DNA of 64,000 bases from Candidatus Altiarchaeota archaeon. Lineage in GTDB: Archaea > Altiarchaeota > Altiarchaeia > IMC4 > SCGC-AAA252-I15. Positions 18,350 through 27,629 of the stretch are shown here, piece after piece (position 1 is the stretch's first letter; each line of letters opens with the position of its first letter). The stretch lies in assembly GCA_043813075.1 (NCBI GenBank), contig JBDRLL010000003.1, forward strand, positions 64,001 to 128,000, in the 5' to 3' direction. The position numbers and the translations under genes were made by a program. The notes under the pieces were generated by a model. The model did no database searches. It was not told the DNA's origin and saw only the letters and a program-made list of their open reading frames with translations.

Positions 18350-19862
18350 GGGTATCGGCCAAGTGATAGGCTCCACTACACTAAGGAGCTTTCGTTTTGT
18401 GATAAAGGAGGGTGAGGAGGGGAAGGTCAAGAGGGATGAGTTCGTCACAGTCAGGGAGTCTGTGACAGGCAACAGGATACTCGGCGTCGTCAAGGACATT
18501 GTGACTTCAAACGAGCTACTGCCGGACGAGTTCGGCCGCGACCTCAGGCTCGCAGACATTATACTGAAGGAGGGTGAGTATCCCGTACCAATAGTCAAGG
18601 TGCTTGGGATACAGGGGAGGGATGGGCTGGAACTCCCACGCCATGGCATAAAGCCGGGTGCGGTGGTGGAGTTGGCTGAAGACGAGATGCTGAAGGAGAT
18701 ACTCCATCAGGAGGGTGGCAGGAGTGCTTTGATAGGGACTTTGTCCACCAGGGAGACTGTGCCTGTGGAGGTTAACATAAACGAGCTCGTGTCCAGGCAT
18801 TGCGCAGTCCTCGCGATGACTGGTGCGGGGAAAAGCTATACTGTCGGTGTTCTGATAGAGGAGATAATGAAGAAGAAAGGGTCTGTCTTAGTGTTCGACC
18901 TGCATGGGGAGTTCATAAACGTGAGGATGAAGGACTCGGGGGTAAAGGTGTATGATGTGGAGGGTAAGGACATGATAAAAGTTAACGTGGACTCGCTTTC
19001 ATCCGGGGACTACGTGAACCTAATGCCAGACCTGACGAACACGCAGAGAGACCTTCTGGACGAGGTCCTGAATCTCGCGGACAAGTTCTACGAGAAATAC
19101 GACTTGAACACCATACTGGAAGTCCTCTCCATAATCTACGACACGAAGAAGGGCGAGGAGCCGGGGGAGATGATATTCAACAACAGGGAGATAACGACGA
19201 TAACCAAGAAGGTTACGCTCCCCACGATAGGCGCGCTCATGAGGAGGATAAGGAGGCTCGACAGGATCGGCGTCTTCAGTGTGAAGGGGACTCCACTGAA
19301 CGAGATAGTCAGGGAGAACCAGCTGACGGTATTCAACCTGTCTGAGGCGGACGAGAAGGTTAGTGAAATCATAGTGGCCGCCATGCTGAGGAACATATTC
19401 GACGCAAGGAAAAAATTCATGAGAGGAGGGGGCGGAGAGGGCCTGCCGACCCCGACGTTCATAGTCATCGAGGAGGCGCACAACTTCGCTCCTAGAGTGG
19501 TCGAGGCGGACTACATACCGTCCAGGGGGATAATAAGGAAGATAGCGAGGGAGGGGAGGAAGTTCGGCGTGGGGTTGTGCGTTGTGAGCCAGAGGCCTAA
19601 CAAACTGGATTCAGACGTGCTTAGCCAGTGCAACACGCAGTTCATAATGAAGATGGTGAATCCCGTCGACCAGGAGTATATAAGGCAGAGCGTGGAATCT
19701 GTTACGGAAGATATTGTGAGGGATTTACCGAGCCTTTCAAGGGGCGAGGCCATCATATCCGGCAGCGCCATAAACCTGTCGGTACCCGCTAGGATACGTG
19801 AGAGGGAGACGGCGGTCGGCGGTCAGGATATTGATATCGTAGGTGTGTGGAATGGCAATTGA
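18348..19862 (+). CDS. herA: HerA-family helicase/ATPase (HAS barrel + ATPase)
   Basis: N-terminal HAS barrel; HCAVLAMTGAGKS, FDLHGE, IEEAHNF and AREGRKFG...SQRP motifs. Confidence 0.9.
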   Translation: MGIGQVIGSTTLRSFRFVIKEGEEGKVKRDEFVTVRESVTGNRILGVVKDIVTSNELLPDEFGRDLRLADIILKEGEYPVPIVKVLGIQGRDGLELPRHGIKPGAVVELAEDEMLKEILHQEGGRSALIGTLSTRETVPVEVNINELVSRHCAVLAMTGAGKSYTVGVLIEEIMKKKGSVLVFDLHGEFINVRMKDSGVKVYDVEGKDMIKVNVDSLSSGDYVNLMPDLTNTQRDLLDEVLNLADKFYEKYDLNTILEVLSIIYDTKKGEEPGEMIFNNREITTITKKVTLPTIGALMRRIRRLDRIGVFSVKGTPLNEIVRENQLTVFNLSEADEKVSEIIVAAMLRNIFDARKKFMRGGGGEGLPTPTFIVIEEAHNFAPRVVEADYIPSRGIIRKIAREGRKFGVGLCVVSQRPNKLDSDVLSQCNTQFIMKMVNPVDQEYIRQSVESVTEDIVRDLPSLSRGEAIISGSAINLSVPARIRERETAVGGQDIDIVGVWNGN

Positions 19863-20097
19863 GGATTTGAGGAAGAAGATCGACTCAATGGACGACAAGA
19901 TACTGGGGATGATAGAGGAGAGGGTGGATTTGGCTAAGAGGATTGGGATTGTGAAGCGGAAGAAAAACCTGCCCATAGAAGACGCTGACAGGGAGGGTGA
20001 GGTGCTCGCTAGGATGGCGAGGAAGACGAGGCTCAAGAAGGATTTCGTGAGAAAAATCTTCGAAGACATAATATCCTACTGCAGGGAAGTACAGTGA
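19852..20097 (+). CDS. Chorismate mutase (AroQ type)
   Basis: IEDLRKKIDSMD...ERVDLAKRIGIVK...IEDADRE. Confidence 0.9.
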   Translation: MAIEDLRKKIDSMDDKILGMIEERVDLAKRIGIVKRKKNLPIEDADREGEVLARMARKTRLKKDFVRKIFEDIISYCREVQ

Positions 20098-20104
20098 CGA
20101 GTAC

Positions 20105-20950
20105 TCACACAACCCTTCTCCTCTGCTGAGGAGGCTGCTCCCTTCTAATGACCCTTCCATCAATTACGTTCGGGTCCGGCCGGTCATGCCTTATCTGATC
20201 GGCATGATGAGTCAGCATTTCCGGGCCTTTATGCCCTATCGCAGGCTGCGTACTTACTTCAGATAATCCGGAGAAGTCGGTTGAAAAACCCTCCCGTTGG
20301 ACTGTCTTATCACATAATTGGACGAGCCTCTGGAATCTGCCCCATGTGGATGCACCACCCTTCAGAAAATCATCTATAGGCTCCGAGTTGGCTGGATCTG
20401 GAAGCATGCCGAATTCTGAGAAGCCGAAGCTGTTATATAGGAAGTTGAAGACCTGGGTTGCCATGGCCTGCTGCTGTGGGTCTGCGATCGGCGGAACCTC
20501 CTCAGCCCGCTGTGTTGATGCATCAACCCCCCTGTGCAAAGCAGACATCTCGCTCTCGGTGAATGGACCCAAAGCCCTTACGGGACCGAGCTCGCCATTA
20601 CCATCCAAGTCCATCTTGAAGTTCCTCCACAACCGGAAGCCTTTACCTGTCCGCGGGTCATATAATTCGAAGGCTATGTGATTATGCTCCATCCCACCCT
20701 GGGGGAGGGAGATGTTAGCGTCCATGTATATTGTCGCCTGTGGGCTCCGCCATACCTCATCGTGAACAGTCCTTAATGGCTCAGGTGGCGAGACATCCAT
20801 AGCAAGCCTCTGGCGGGCAGTCACCCATTTGAAGGCAGGGCCTCTGCCATATTTTGCGCCAGAGTGCTCAAAACTGTTGCTGACGAGAACCTCGCCCGGC
20901 TCCTTGTCGTCAACCCCCCTCTCCATCCTAGAGTACCTTGAGATAGCCAT
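20105..20950 (-). CDS. Orphan hypothetical protein
   Basis: 281-aa ATG ORF; no recognised motif. Confidence 0.6.
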   Translation of the reverse strand: MAISRYSRMERGVDDKEPGEVLVSNSFEHSGAKYGRGPAFKWVTARQRLAMDVSPPEPLRTVHDEVWRSPQATIYMDANISLPQGGMEHNHIAFELYDPRTGKGFRLWRNFKMDLDGNGELGPVRALGPFTESEMSALHRGVDASTQRAEEVPPIADPQQQAMATQVFNFLYNSFGFSEFGMLPDPANSEPIDDFLKGGASTWGRFQRLVQLCDKTVQREGFSTDFSGLSEVSTQPAIGHKGPEMLTHHADQIRHDRPDPNVIDGRVIRREQPPQQRRRVV

Positions 20951-21022
20951 TTTAGGTTAGAATCTGGGAATGCATGGAATAAATATCATGTTTTATCCGC
21001 CTATTGCGGTAATTATATCATC

Positions 21023-22156
21023 ATGGCCGCGTTAATGAGCCCTGCACCAGCGGACCCGCGACAGCAGGCGGGTATTGACGACCGTCAGACGCAGAGGGTG
21101 TTGAGGATAGTCTTCGTGCAGGGGCCTCACACCTCTGAGAGGGAGGCTTTGGCGCTGAAGGATGCGATAGGCAGGGCGGACGTGTTCAGCCCGGAATACA
21201 ACTTCGGTTCAGAGAGCGGGTTAAGGCAGGTGGAAGACAGCTACCGCCGGATGTTCGGCCTGCTTGCTGAGGGGAAGAACGCGGAATTCGATGGGAGGCG
21301 TGATCTGGAGCGGAGCAGGGAGATGGCACACGGGACATGCCCGCGTTTCGTGAACACGCAAGACGACCTGATTTACGAGGCTAGGACGCCGGTTTTATAT
21401 GTCGAGAGATTCAGCGACGAGGAAGCCCGGAGATACGCTAGGATGCAGCATCAGACCATGGCTCTCGCTAGGGACTCTATCGTCAGCTTCATAAGCGGGG
21501 ACTTCAATGGGGCGTTGAATAACACGCTACAGCAGGTGTCTATGGAAGCCATGCTGGAGATGGCGAGGGAGGACAACATCATACGCAATGCCCAGCAGGC
21601 CATCCCAAGGATATTGGAACACTATCCGATGCTTGCGAGAAAGAGCGAGCTAACATATGTGGTCTCCCTCGGTTCGACACACACAAGGCCGGGTGAGGAA
21701 TTATCAAGACTACAGTCAGACAGGTTCAGGGTGGAGGTGTTGAACGAGCATGCGGACGTGCTTCCCACAACAAGGACTGAGCTGATAAGGGGGATAAAAA
21801 CAGGTGGCGTCCCACAACTGGATGACGTCGCAGAACAGCTGGGGAGATGTGTTCTAGAGGACTTGACGAAAATGTTCGTCCCGAAAGACCATCCACTCCA
21901 GGAAAGCTATCTTGCAAAAGAACTGACATTAAAGGCGATGGCATCCAGAGTACCGCTGGATGATATCAGGGGACTGTGCAGGACTCTCGGAGAGGGTGGT
22001 AGGGAGGGGAGCGCCTCAACAGACAAGCTTAAAGAACTATTGAACGGGGTATACGCTAGGAACGGTGTTGAAGTAGACCTCGACTTCAACGTCACTCAGG
22101 TGAACAGGATGCTGCAGACATCCTACCCATCGTTTGGTGAAAGATACCGGATATAA
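21023..22156 (+). CDS. Hypothetical protein, possible TraB/ChaN/EreA (Tiki)-like fold
   Basis: VFVQGPH...FSPE...AREDNI...VVSLGSTH motif order. Confidence 0.5.
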   Translation: MAALMSPAPADPRQQAGIDDRQTQRVLRIVFVQGPHTSEREALALKDAIGRADVFSPEYNFGSESGLRQVEDSYRRMFGLLAEGKNAEFDGRRDLERSREMAHGTCPRFVNTQDDLIYEARTPVLYVERFSDEEARRYARMQHQTMALARDSIVSFISGDFNGALNNTLQQVSMEAMLEMAREDNIIRNAQQAIPRILEHYPMLARKSELTYVVSLGSTHTRPGEELSRLQSDRFRVEVLNEHADVLPTTRTELIRGIKTGGVPQLDDVAEQLGRCVLEDLTKMFVPKDHPLQESYLAKELTLKAMASRVPLDDIRGLCRTLGEGGREGSASTDKLKELLNGVYARNGVEVDLDFNVTQVNRMLQTSYPSFGERYRI

Positions 22157-22202
22157 CCCTCCGGCATTTATTTTAGTCGTAAAAGGTAATATTCAAGGGG
22201 AA

Positions 22203-22994
22203 ATGACTGATAATATCGGAGTATTAGGGCCTAAGGGCACTTTCACTGAGCAGGCTGCCAGTAAGCTCTATCCTGGAGCAGGTTTCACGTACCTGGATGA
22301 TGTGGGGGATGTCTTCGAGTACGTTAACTCCGGGAAGGGGCTTGGCGTCGTGGCCATCGAGAATTCCCTTGAAGGCAGTGTCGGGAAGACGCTCGCCTGC
22401 CTCATGGAGTACGACCTGAAAATATGCGGTGAGACGACGCTGGACATAAACCTCTGCCTTATAGCTGATGAGGGGGTTTGTGTGGGAGACGTGAGGATAG
22501 TTAGGTCGCACCCGCACGCCCTCGCCCAGTGCAAGAAGTACTTCAAGGAGAAGATGCCTGGAGTGAAGACGCAGACGACTACAAGCACTGTGACGGCGAT
22601 AAAGGAGGTTAAGGGAAAGAAGGATGTTGCGGCGGTCGGACCGCGAGAGGCTGCTGGAGAGTACGGCCTCACCGTCATCGCAGAGAACATTCAGGACTTG
22701 GACAGTCAGACACGGTTCATCGCAATCTCGGAGGAGGGGGTATGGGGGGACAAGACTTCGGTCATATTCGCGTTGAAGGATAAGCCTGGCGCATTATACA
22801 ACATACTCAAGATTTTCGCTGAAAACAAGATCAACCTGACGAAGATAGAGAGCAGGCCATCCAGGAGGAAGCTTGGTGAATACGTGTTCTTCATGGACTT
22901 CAACAACAACGGACTCGATAAGGAGGGTGTTGACGGTCTGCTGGATGAGATGAGGGATGACACGACATTCCTCAAGTATCTCGGAAGCTACTGA
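22203..22994 (+). CDS. pheA: Prephenate dehydratase with ACT domain
   Basis: LGPKGTFTE, IENSLEGSV, SHPHALAQC, TRF and INLTKIESRPS motifs. Confidence 0.95.
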   Translation: MTDNIGVLGPKGTFTEQAASKLYPGAGFTYLDDVGDVFEYVNSGKGLGVVAIENSLEGSVGKTLACLMEYDLKICGETTLDINLCLIADEGVCVGDVRIVRSHPHALAQCKKYFKEKMPGVKTQTTTSTVTAIKEVKGKKDVAAVGPREAAGEYGLTVIAENIQDLDSQTRFIAISEEGVWGDKTSVIFALKDKPGALYNILKIFAENKINLTKIESRPSRRKLGEYVFFMDFNNNGLDKEGVDGLLDEMRDDTTFLKYLGSY

Positions 22995-23036
22995 AACGAG
23001 CATATTTCATTAACTAAGACCTATTATTCTATCCAG

Positions 23037-25292
23037 ATGTTTGTGGAACACCCGCTCGTGAGGAAGGATAAGCTGAGGCTCAGGAGGTATCAGGAGGCGG
23101 TGGTAGCCAGGGCCATAGACGAGAACACCCTGGTCGTGCTGCCGACAGGATTGGGCAAGACTATTGTCGCGGCGATGGTGGCGGCAGTACGGCTTGGGAA
23201 GTACCCGAACTCCAGGGTGCTTTTTGTCGCGCCCACTAAGCCGCTGGCAGTCCAGCACGAGAAGACGTTCAGGGACCTGCTGACTGTGGAGGAGACCACG
23301 GTACTAACCGGCCAAGTTAGTTCTGAAAAGAGGAGGGAGCTGTGGAACACCAGCAGGATAATATTCGCGACACCGCAGACAATACAGAACGACTTGTACA
23401 GGGGGTTGAAGCTGGATGACGTGTCGCTGATAATTTTTGACGAAGCCCACCGGGCTGTCGGGGACTACAGTTACGTTGGCATAGCAGGGGACTACGTGAA
23501 GCAGTCGCCCTACCCGCTCATACTGGGGCTGACCGCTTCACCCAGCTCGGAGCGGGAGAAGGTGGGGGAGATAAGGAAGAACCTTTTCATAAGGAACATA
23601 GAGGCCAAGACCGAGCACGACAGGGACGTGAAGCCTTACGTCCAGGATGTGAAGGTTGATTGGGTTAGGGTCGAGCTGCCGGAGGAGATAAAGGAGTTGA
23701 AGACCGTTCTTGAGGATGTTCTGAGGGAGCAGTTGAAGAACCTGAAGGAATACGGGTACCTTGAGAGCGCGCAGATACAGAAGGTCAACAAGAGGATGCT
23801 CTTGGGGATACAGCATGAGATAAGGAAGGAGATAACGGGGGGGATGGATTCTTACGGGCCGGCGTCGCTGGTGGCTTCGGCGATAAAAGTCAACCACGGG
23901 CTGGAGCTCCTTGAGACGCAGGGCGTTACCGCGCTACACGAGTACTTTAAGAGGATGTTCAGCCAGAAGACGAAGGCTGTTAGAAAGCTTGTTGGGGACC
24001 ATCGGATGATAAAGGCCTCATACACGGCGAAGAAGCTCATTGAGGAGGGTGTTGAACACCCCAAGCTGGACGAGCTCGTGAAGATAGTGACGAGACACAG
24101 GGACCAGAAGGTGCTGGTGTTCACACAGTACAGGGATTCGGTTGACAAGATAATAGAGCGGCTGAACGAGGCCGACATACTAGCGCACGAGTTCATAGGT
24201 CAGGCTGCGAGGGGCGTTAGCAAGGGGATGACGCAGAAGAAGCAGATAGACGTGTTGGAGAAGTTCAAGGAGGGCGCATACACTGCTTTGATAGCGACCT
24301 CGGTCGCTGAGGAGGGGTTGGACATCCCTAAGGTGGATGCCGTAGTCTTCTACGAGCCGGTGCCTTCGGAGATAAGGAGCATACAGAGGAGGGGTAGGAC
24401 AGGCAGGAGTGCTGCGGGGAAGGTCTACGTGCTTATCGCGAAGGGGACGCGGGATGAGGGATACTATTGGGCTTCAGTGCACAAGGAACGGAGGATGGGG
24501 AATATTGTCAGGGAGTTGAGGAGCGGGCTGGACAAGCAGCAGAGCCTCGAGGATTATGACGCTGGGGGGATTAGTGTGGAGGATAAGGTGGAGACGCCAG
24601 CGGCTTACGGGCAGCAGAGCATAGCCCAATACTCTTTCAGGGACTCTGATGAAGTCAGGATATTCGTGGATGTGAGGGAGCGGAACAGGAACATACTCGA
24701 CCAGCTTAAGGAAAAGGCGGTCATAGAGGTGAGGCAGCTTCCGGTTGGAGACTATTTGCTGTCGGACAGGGTGTGTGTGGAGAGGAAGACTATGGAAGAC
24801 TTCCTGCAATCGATTATAGACAAGAGGCTTATGCAACAGCTGACTGAGATGCGGCGGAACTTCATGATGCCTGTGCTCCTGGTGGAAGGGTGGAGCAACC
24901 CATACTCTATGAGGGACATACACCCTAACGCCATAAGGGGCGTACTAGCGTCCATCGCAGTGGACTTCGAGGTGAGCATCATACCAAGCATGGATGAGGC
25001 GGACACGGCCGGGATACTCTACGCGATGGCGAAGCGGGAGCAGGTGGATGAAAACAGGGTTGTGGGCTTGAGAGGAGAGCGCAAGCCGCTCACCCTGGAG
25101 GAGAGGCGCAGATACGTTGTGGAGTCGCTGCCAAACGTTTCCGCGGTACTGGCAGGCCGCCTGCTGGATGAATTCGGGAGTGTTGAGGGTATTATGACCG
25201 CGTCTGAGAGCGATTTGATGCGTGTTGAGGGGATAGGCGGGAAGAAAGCGGCTGAAATCAGGAATGTTGTGAAGAGCAAGCACGATAAATAG
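23037..25292 (+). CDS. hef: Hef helicase-nuclease (DEAH helicase + ERCC4 nuclease + HhH)
   Basis: PTGLGKT, DEAH, TAS, QRRGRTGR; GDY...VERKT nuclease motif; C-terminal VEGIGGKKA HhH. Confidence 0.95.
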   Translation: MFVEHPLVRKDKLRLRRYQEAVVARAIDENTLVVLPTGLGKTIVAAMVAAVRLGKYPNSRVLFVAPTKPLAVQHEKTFRDLLTVEETTVLTGQVSSEKRRELWNTSRIIFATPQTIQNDLYRGLKLDDVSLIIFDEAHRAVGDYSYVGIAGDYVKQSPYPLILGLTASPSSEREKVGEIRKNLFIRNIEAKTEHDRDVKPYVQDVKVDWVRVELPEEIKELKTVLEDVLREQLKNLKEYGYLESAQIQKVNKRMLLGIQHEIRKEITGGMDSYGPASLVASAIKVNHGLELLETQGVTALHEYFKRMFSQKTKAVRKLVGDHRMIKASYTAKKLIEEGVEHPKLDELVKIVTRHRDQKVLVFTQYRDSVDKIIERLNEADILAHEFIGQAARGVSKGMTQKKQIDVLEKFKEGAYTALIATSVAEEGLDIPKVDAVVFYEPVPSEIRSIQRRGRTGRSAAGKVYVLIAKGTRDEGYYWASVHKERRMGNIVRELRSGLDKQQSLEDYDAGGISVEDKVETPAAYGQQSIAQYSFRDSDEVRIFVDVRERNRNILDQLKEKAVIEVRQLPVGDYLLSDRVCVERKTMEDFLQSIIDKRLMQQLTEMRRNFMMPVLLVEGWSNPYSMRDIHPNAIRGVLASIAVDFEVSIIPSMDEADTAGILYAMAKREQVDENRVVGLRGERKPLTLEERRRYVVESLPNVSAVLAGRLLDEFGSVEGIMTASESDLMRVEGIGGKKAAEIRNVVKSKHDK

Positions 25293-25318
25293 GTTACTAC
25301 CAATTCATAACAGACACC

Positions 25319-27628
25319 ATGGACTCCGATGCTGAGAGAAGGCTTTTATGGCGGAAGATAGGGCAGAGGGAGAAGCAGAGGCGGAATAACATAGAGGAGA
25401 TTAAGAAGATAATACACTCCGGCGACCCCACAGGCAAGAAGAACGCCAAGACTCTGCTGAGGCTTGTGCTGCATGGCGAGGGCATAAAGTCCAGTGAAGC
25501 CAGCAAGATGATAGGTGTGGGCAGGAACGTCATAGACCAGTGGGCTAGACTGCTGGAGGATAAAGGCCTTATAGTAGTGGACGCCCACGGACACCCTGAC
25601 CCAAAGCTGATGCCAAGCCAGGAGATTCTGAATAAACTCAACAAATACAAGCAGGAGAAGCTGAACCTGACGCTCGGCGAGGAGATACTCTCCTATGAAA
25701 GCGCTCTGGAGAAGAAGAAGGAGGAGTTGACTAAGGAGCATGAGGAGAAGATAAAGCTGGGGGAGGATTTGGAGAAGATAAAGCTTCAGCTGGCTGAGAA
25801 GGAGGAGGAGCTGAAGAAGGAGCATAGGGAGCGTCTTGACCTGGAGAAGAGGATGGTGGAGATTGAGGGGGATGCTGCCGGCGAATACGATGAGAAGCTA
25901 AGGATGCTTAGGGAGCAGTTGAACCGTGAGCGCACGGAGCGCATGAAATTCGAGACCTTGATGAAGGAAGAGCATGATAAGCTGCTTGCGGCTGAGGAGG
26001 AGAAGAGGAGGGCGTGCGCTAAGATGGAGGAGGAGCTTATGAAGCGTGAGGCTGAGATACTGGACAGGGAGAAGTCTCTTGAGGAATACGAGGAGCTTGA
26101 CGCCATCTTCGGTGATGACGTGGAAGATAAGAGGATAAGTGACGCGAAGAAGAGCATCGACACCATCAGGGAGAGGATTGGTAAGGTGGGTGAGAAGATT
26201 GCTGGAGTGGATGATGAGTTAGGGCAGGATATACGGAGCATATTCTCTGATGAGGAGGATTTAGCCAGGATACTTGGGGAAGAGCTTGCACTGCTGAAGA
26301 GGAGGATGGCTGATCTGGAGTCAGCAGGGAAGGGCCTGAAAGCGGATGGTTCAGGAAAGCCGCCGGACGAGAAGCCACCCGCACCACCCACCCCGCCAAA
26401 GCCACCGGAGCCCGCATTTGGTCTGGATGCGACTGCAACAGCATTATCTGACCGGACTCCGGAAAGTGTGGTTCCAAAAACAGGGAAGCTGAAGCCTCCA
26501 GCACCACCGACACCGCCAACACCTCCAGGACCGCCTGAGCCAGTGGATGAGGGCAAGGCCGTGGCGGAGCTGAAGACAGAAGCCGTTGCAGAGAAGAGGG
26601 AGACTATAAAACCAACAGCAACGCCTGCGGCAGCAAAACCAGATGCGCCCACACCAAGGCAAACCACACCCCCATCACAGACTACGCCATCAACAGCAGC
26701 ATCAGAGCCGACGGCCGCACCACCGGCAAAAACAAAGGTAACCCCACAATCGCCGGCACCAACACAGGAAAAAACAACAATACAAAAGCCGCCAGTGATC
26801 ACTAGAACGCATACTACAGCACAGACACATCCTACCACAACGCCCGCAGGGCAGGTGACTGCGCCGACAACGCAGGCAAGAACACCAATCACTCCGCCAA
26901 CATCGCCGACACCAACACAGGAAAAACCAACAACCAGTCAGCCGTCACATATCAATCAAAAAACGCCGGCAGAGCAGGGTACACCAGATGAAGAGCCGAG
27001 TGGAAAACAAGCAGAGGGAAAAACGCCGGCAACACAGGCAGGACCTCCAGAACCTCCTGGAAAACCAGGAGGAAAAGAGGAGGCTCAAGCAAAGCCGGAA
27101 AAGCGTATAGCCAGCATGGAGGAGATGAGGAAGGCTCTTGAAGAGCCGGAAGAAGAGGGAGGAATCGTTTTAAAACCCCCCAGACCACCCTCCAATGAAG
27201 AAGAGCATCCCCATGAGATACCGCTGCCCCCTGAGACAGAGGAGAAAATGATGGAAGACGAGGAGCCGGTGCGCAGGATAGCGAGCATCGAGGAGATGCG
27301 GAAGATATTCATAGATGATAAGGAAGACGAAAAAGCGAAGGAAGAGGAGAAAAAACTCGGAGTCGACATCGAAAACCTGATCGAACTGCTGGAAAACAAG
27401 AAGATAATCAAGATTAATGATGCTTCTAAAGCCATAGGCGTGAACGATAACACCATAAGGATATGGGCCAACAGGCTGCAGGAGAAGGGTGTGGTGACGG
27501 TAAAGAAGCATTTGATGAGGGAGGATGAGATACTGCTGAACCCGTACGTGAACACCAAGGAGATAATAGAAGCGCATGAGGCAGAGCGGATAAGGGAAGA
27601 GATTAAAAAACTGCATAAGGAACAATAA
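25319..27628 (+). CDS. Large coiled-coil, Pro/Thr-rich protein with N- and C-terminal winged-helix-like domains
   Basis: Two copies of the pattern ASKxIGV..xI..WAxxLxxKGxxxV; Glu/Lys coiled coil; low-complexity linker. Confidence 0.75.
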   Translation: MDSDAERRLLWRKIGQREKQRRNNIEEIKKIIHSGDPTGKKNAKTLLRLVLHGEGIKSSEASKMIGVGRNVIDQWARLLEDKGLIVVDAHGHPDPKLMPSQEILNKLNKYKQEKLNLTLGEEILSYESALEKKKEELTKEHEEKIKLGEDLEKIKLQLAEKEEELKKEHRERLDLEKRMVEIEGDAAGEYDEKLRMLREQLNRERTERMKFETLMKEEHDKLLAAEEEKRRACAKMEEELMKREAEILDREKSLEEYEELDAIFGDDVEDKRISDAKKSIDTIRERIGKVGEKIAGVDDELGQDIRSIFSDEEDLARILGEELALLKRRMADLESAGKGLKADGSGKPPDEKPPAPPTPPKPPEPAFGLDATATALSDRTPESVVPKTGKLKPPAPPTPPTPPGPPEPVDEGKAVAELKTEAVAEKRETIKPTATPAAAKPDAPTPRQTTPPSQTTPSTAASEPTAAPPAKTKVTPQSPAPTQEKTTIQKPPVITRTHTTAQTHPTTTPAGQVTAPTTQARTPITPPTSPTPTQEKPTTSQPSHINQKTPAEQGTPDEEPSGKQAEGKTPATQAGPPEPPGKPGGKEEAQAKPEKRIASMEEMRKALEEPEEEGGIVLKPPRPPSNEEEHPHEIPLPPETEEKMMEDEEPVRRIASIEEMRKIFIDDKEDEKAKEEEKKLGVDIENLIELLENKKIIKINDASKAIGVNDNTIRIWANRLQEKGVVTVKKHLMREDEILLNPYVNTKEIIEAHEAERIREEIKKLHKEQ

Positions 27629-27629
27629 G

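Noticed and set aside
18348-19862. HerA as an anti-phage system (Sir2-HerA type)
   Set aside because: It has the HAS-barrel archaeal housekeeping form, is coupled to chorismate mutase and has no effector neighbour. nurA/mre11/rad50 are simply not in this window.
25786-26892. 368-aa antisense ORF (also 4026-4886, 5998-6840 and 44803-45750)
   Set aside because: These are shadow ORFs opposite well-supported genes; their Ser/Val/Gly-rich composition mirrors sense-strand codon bias.
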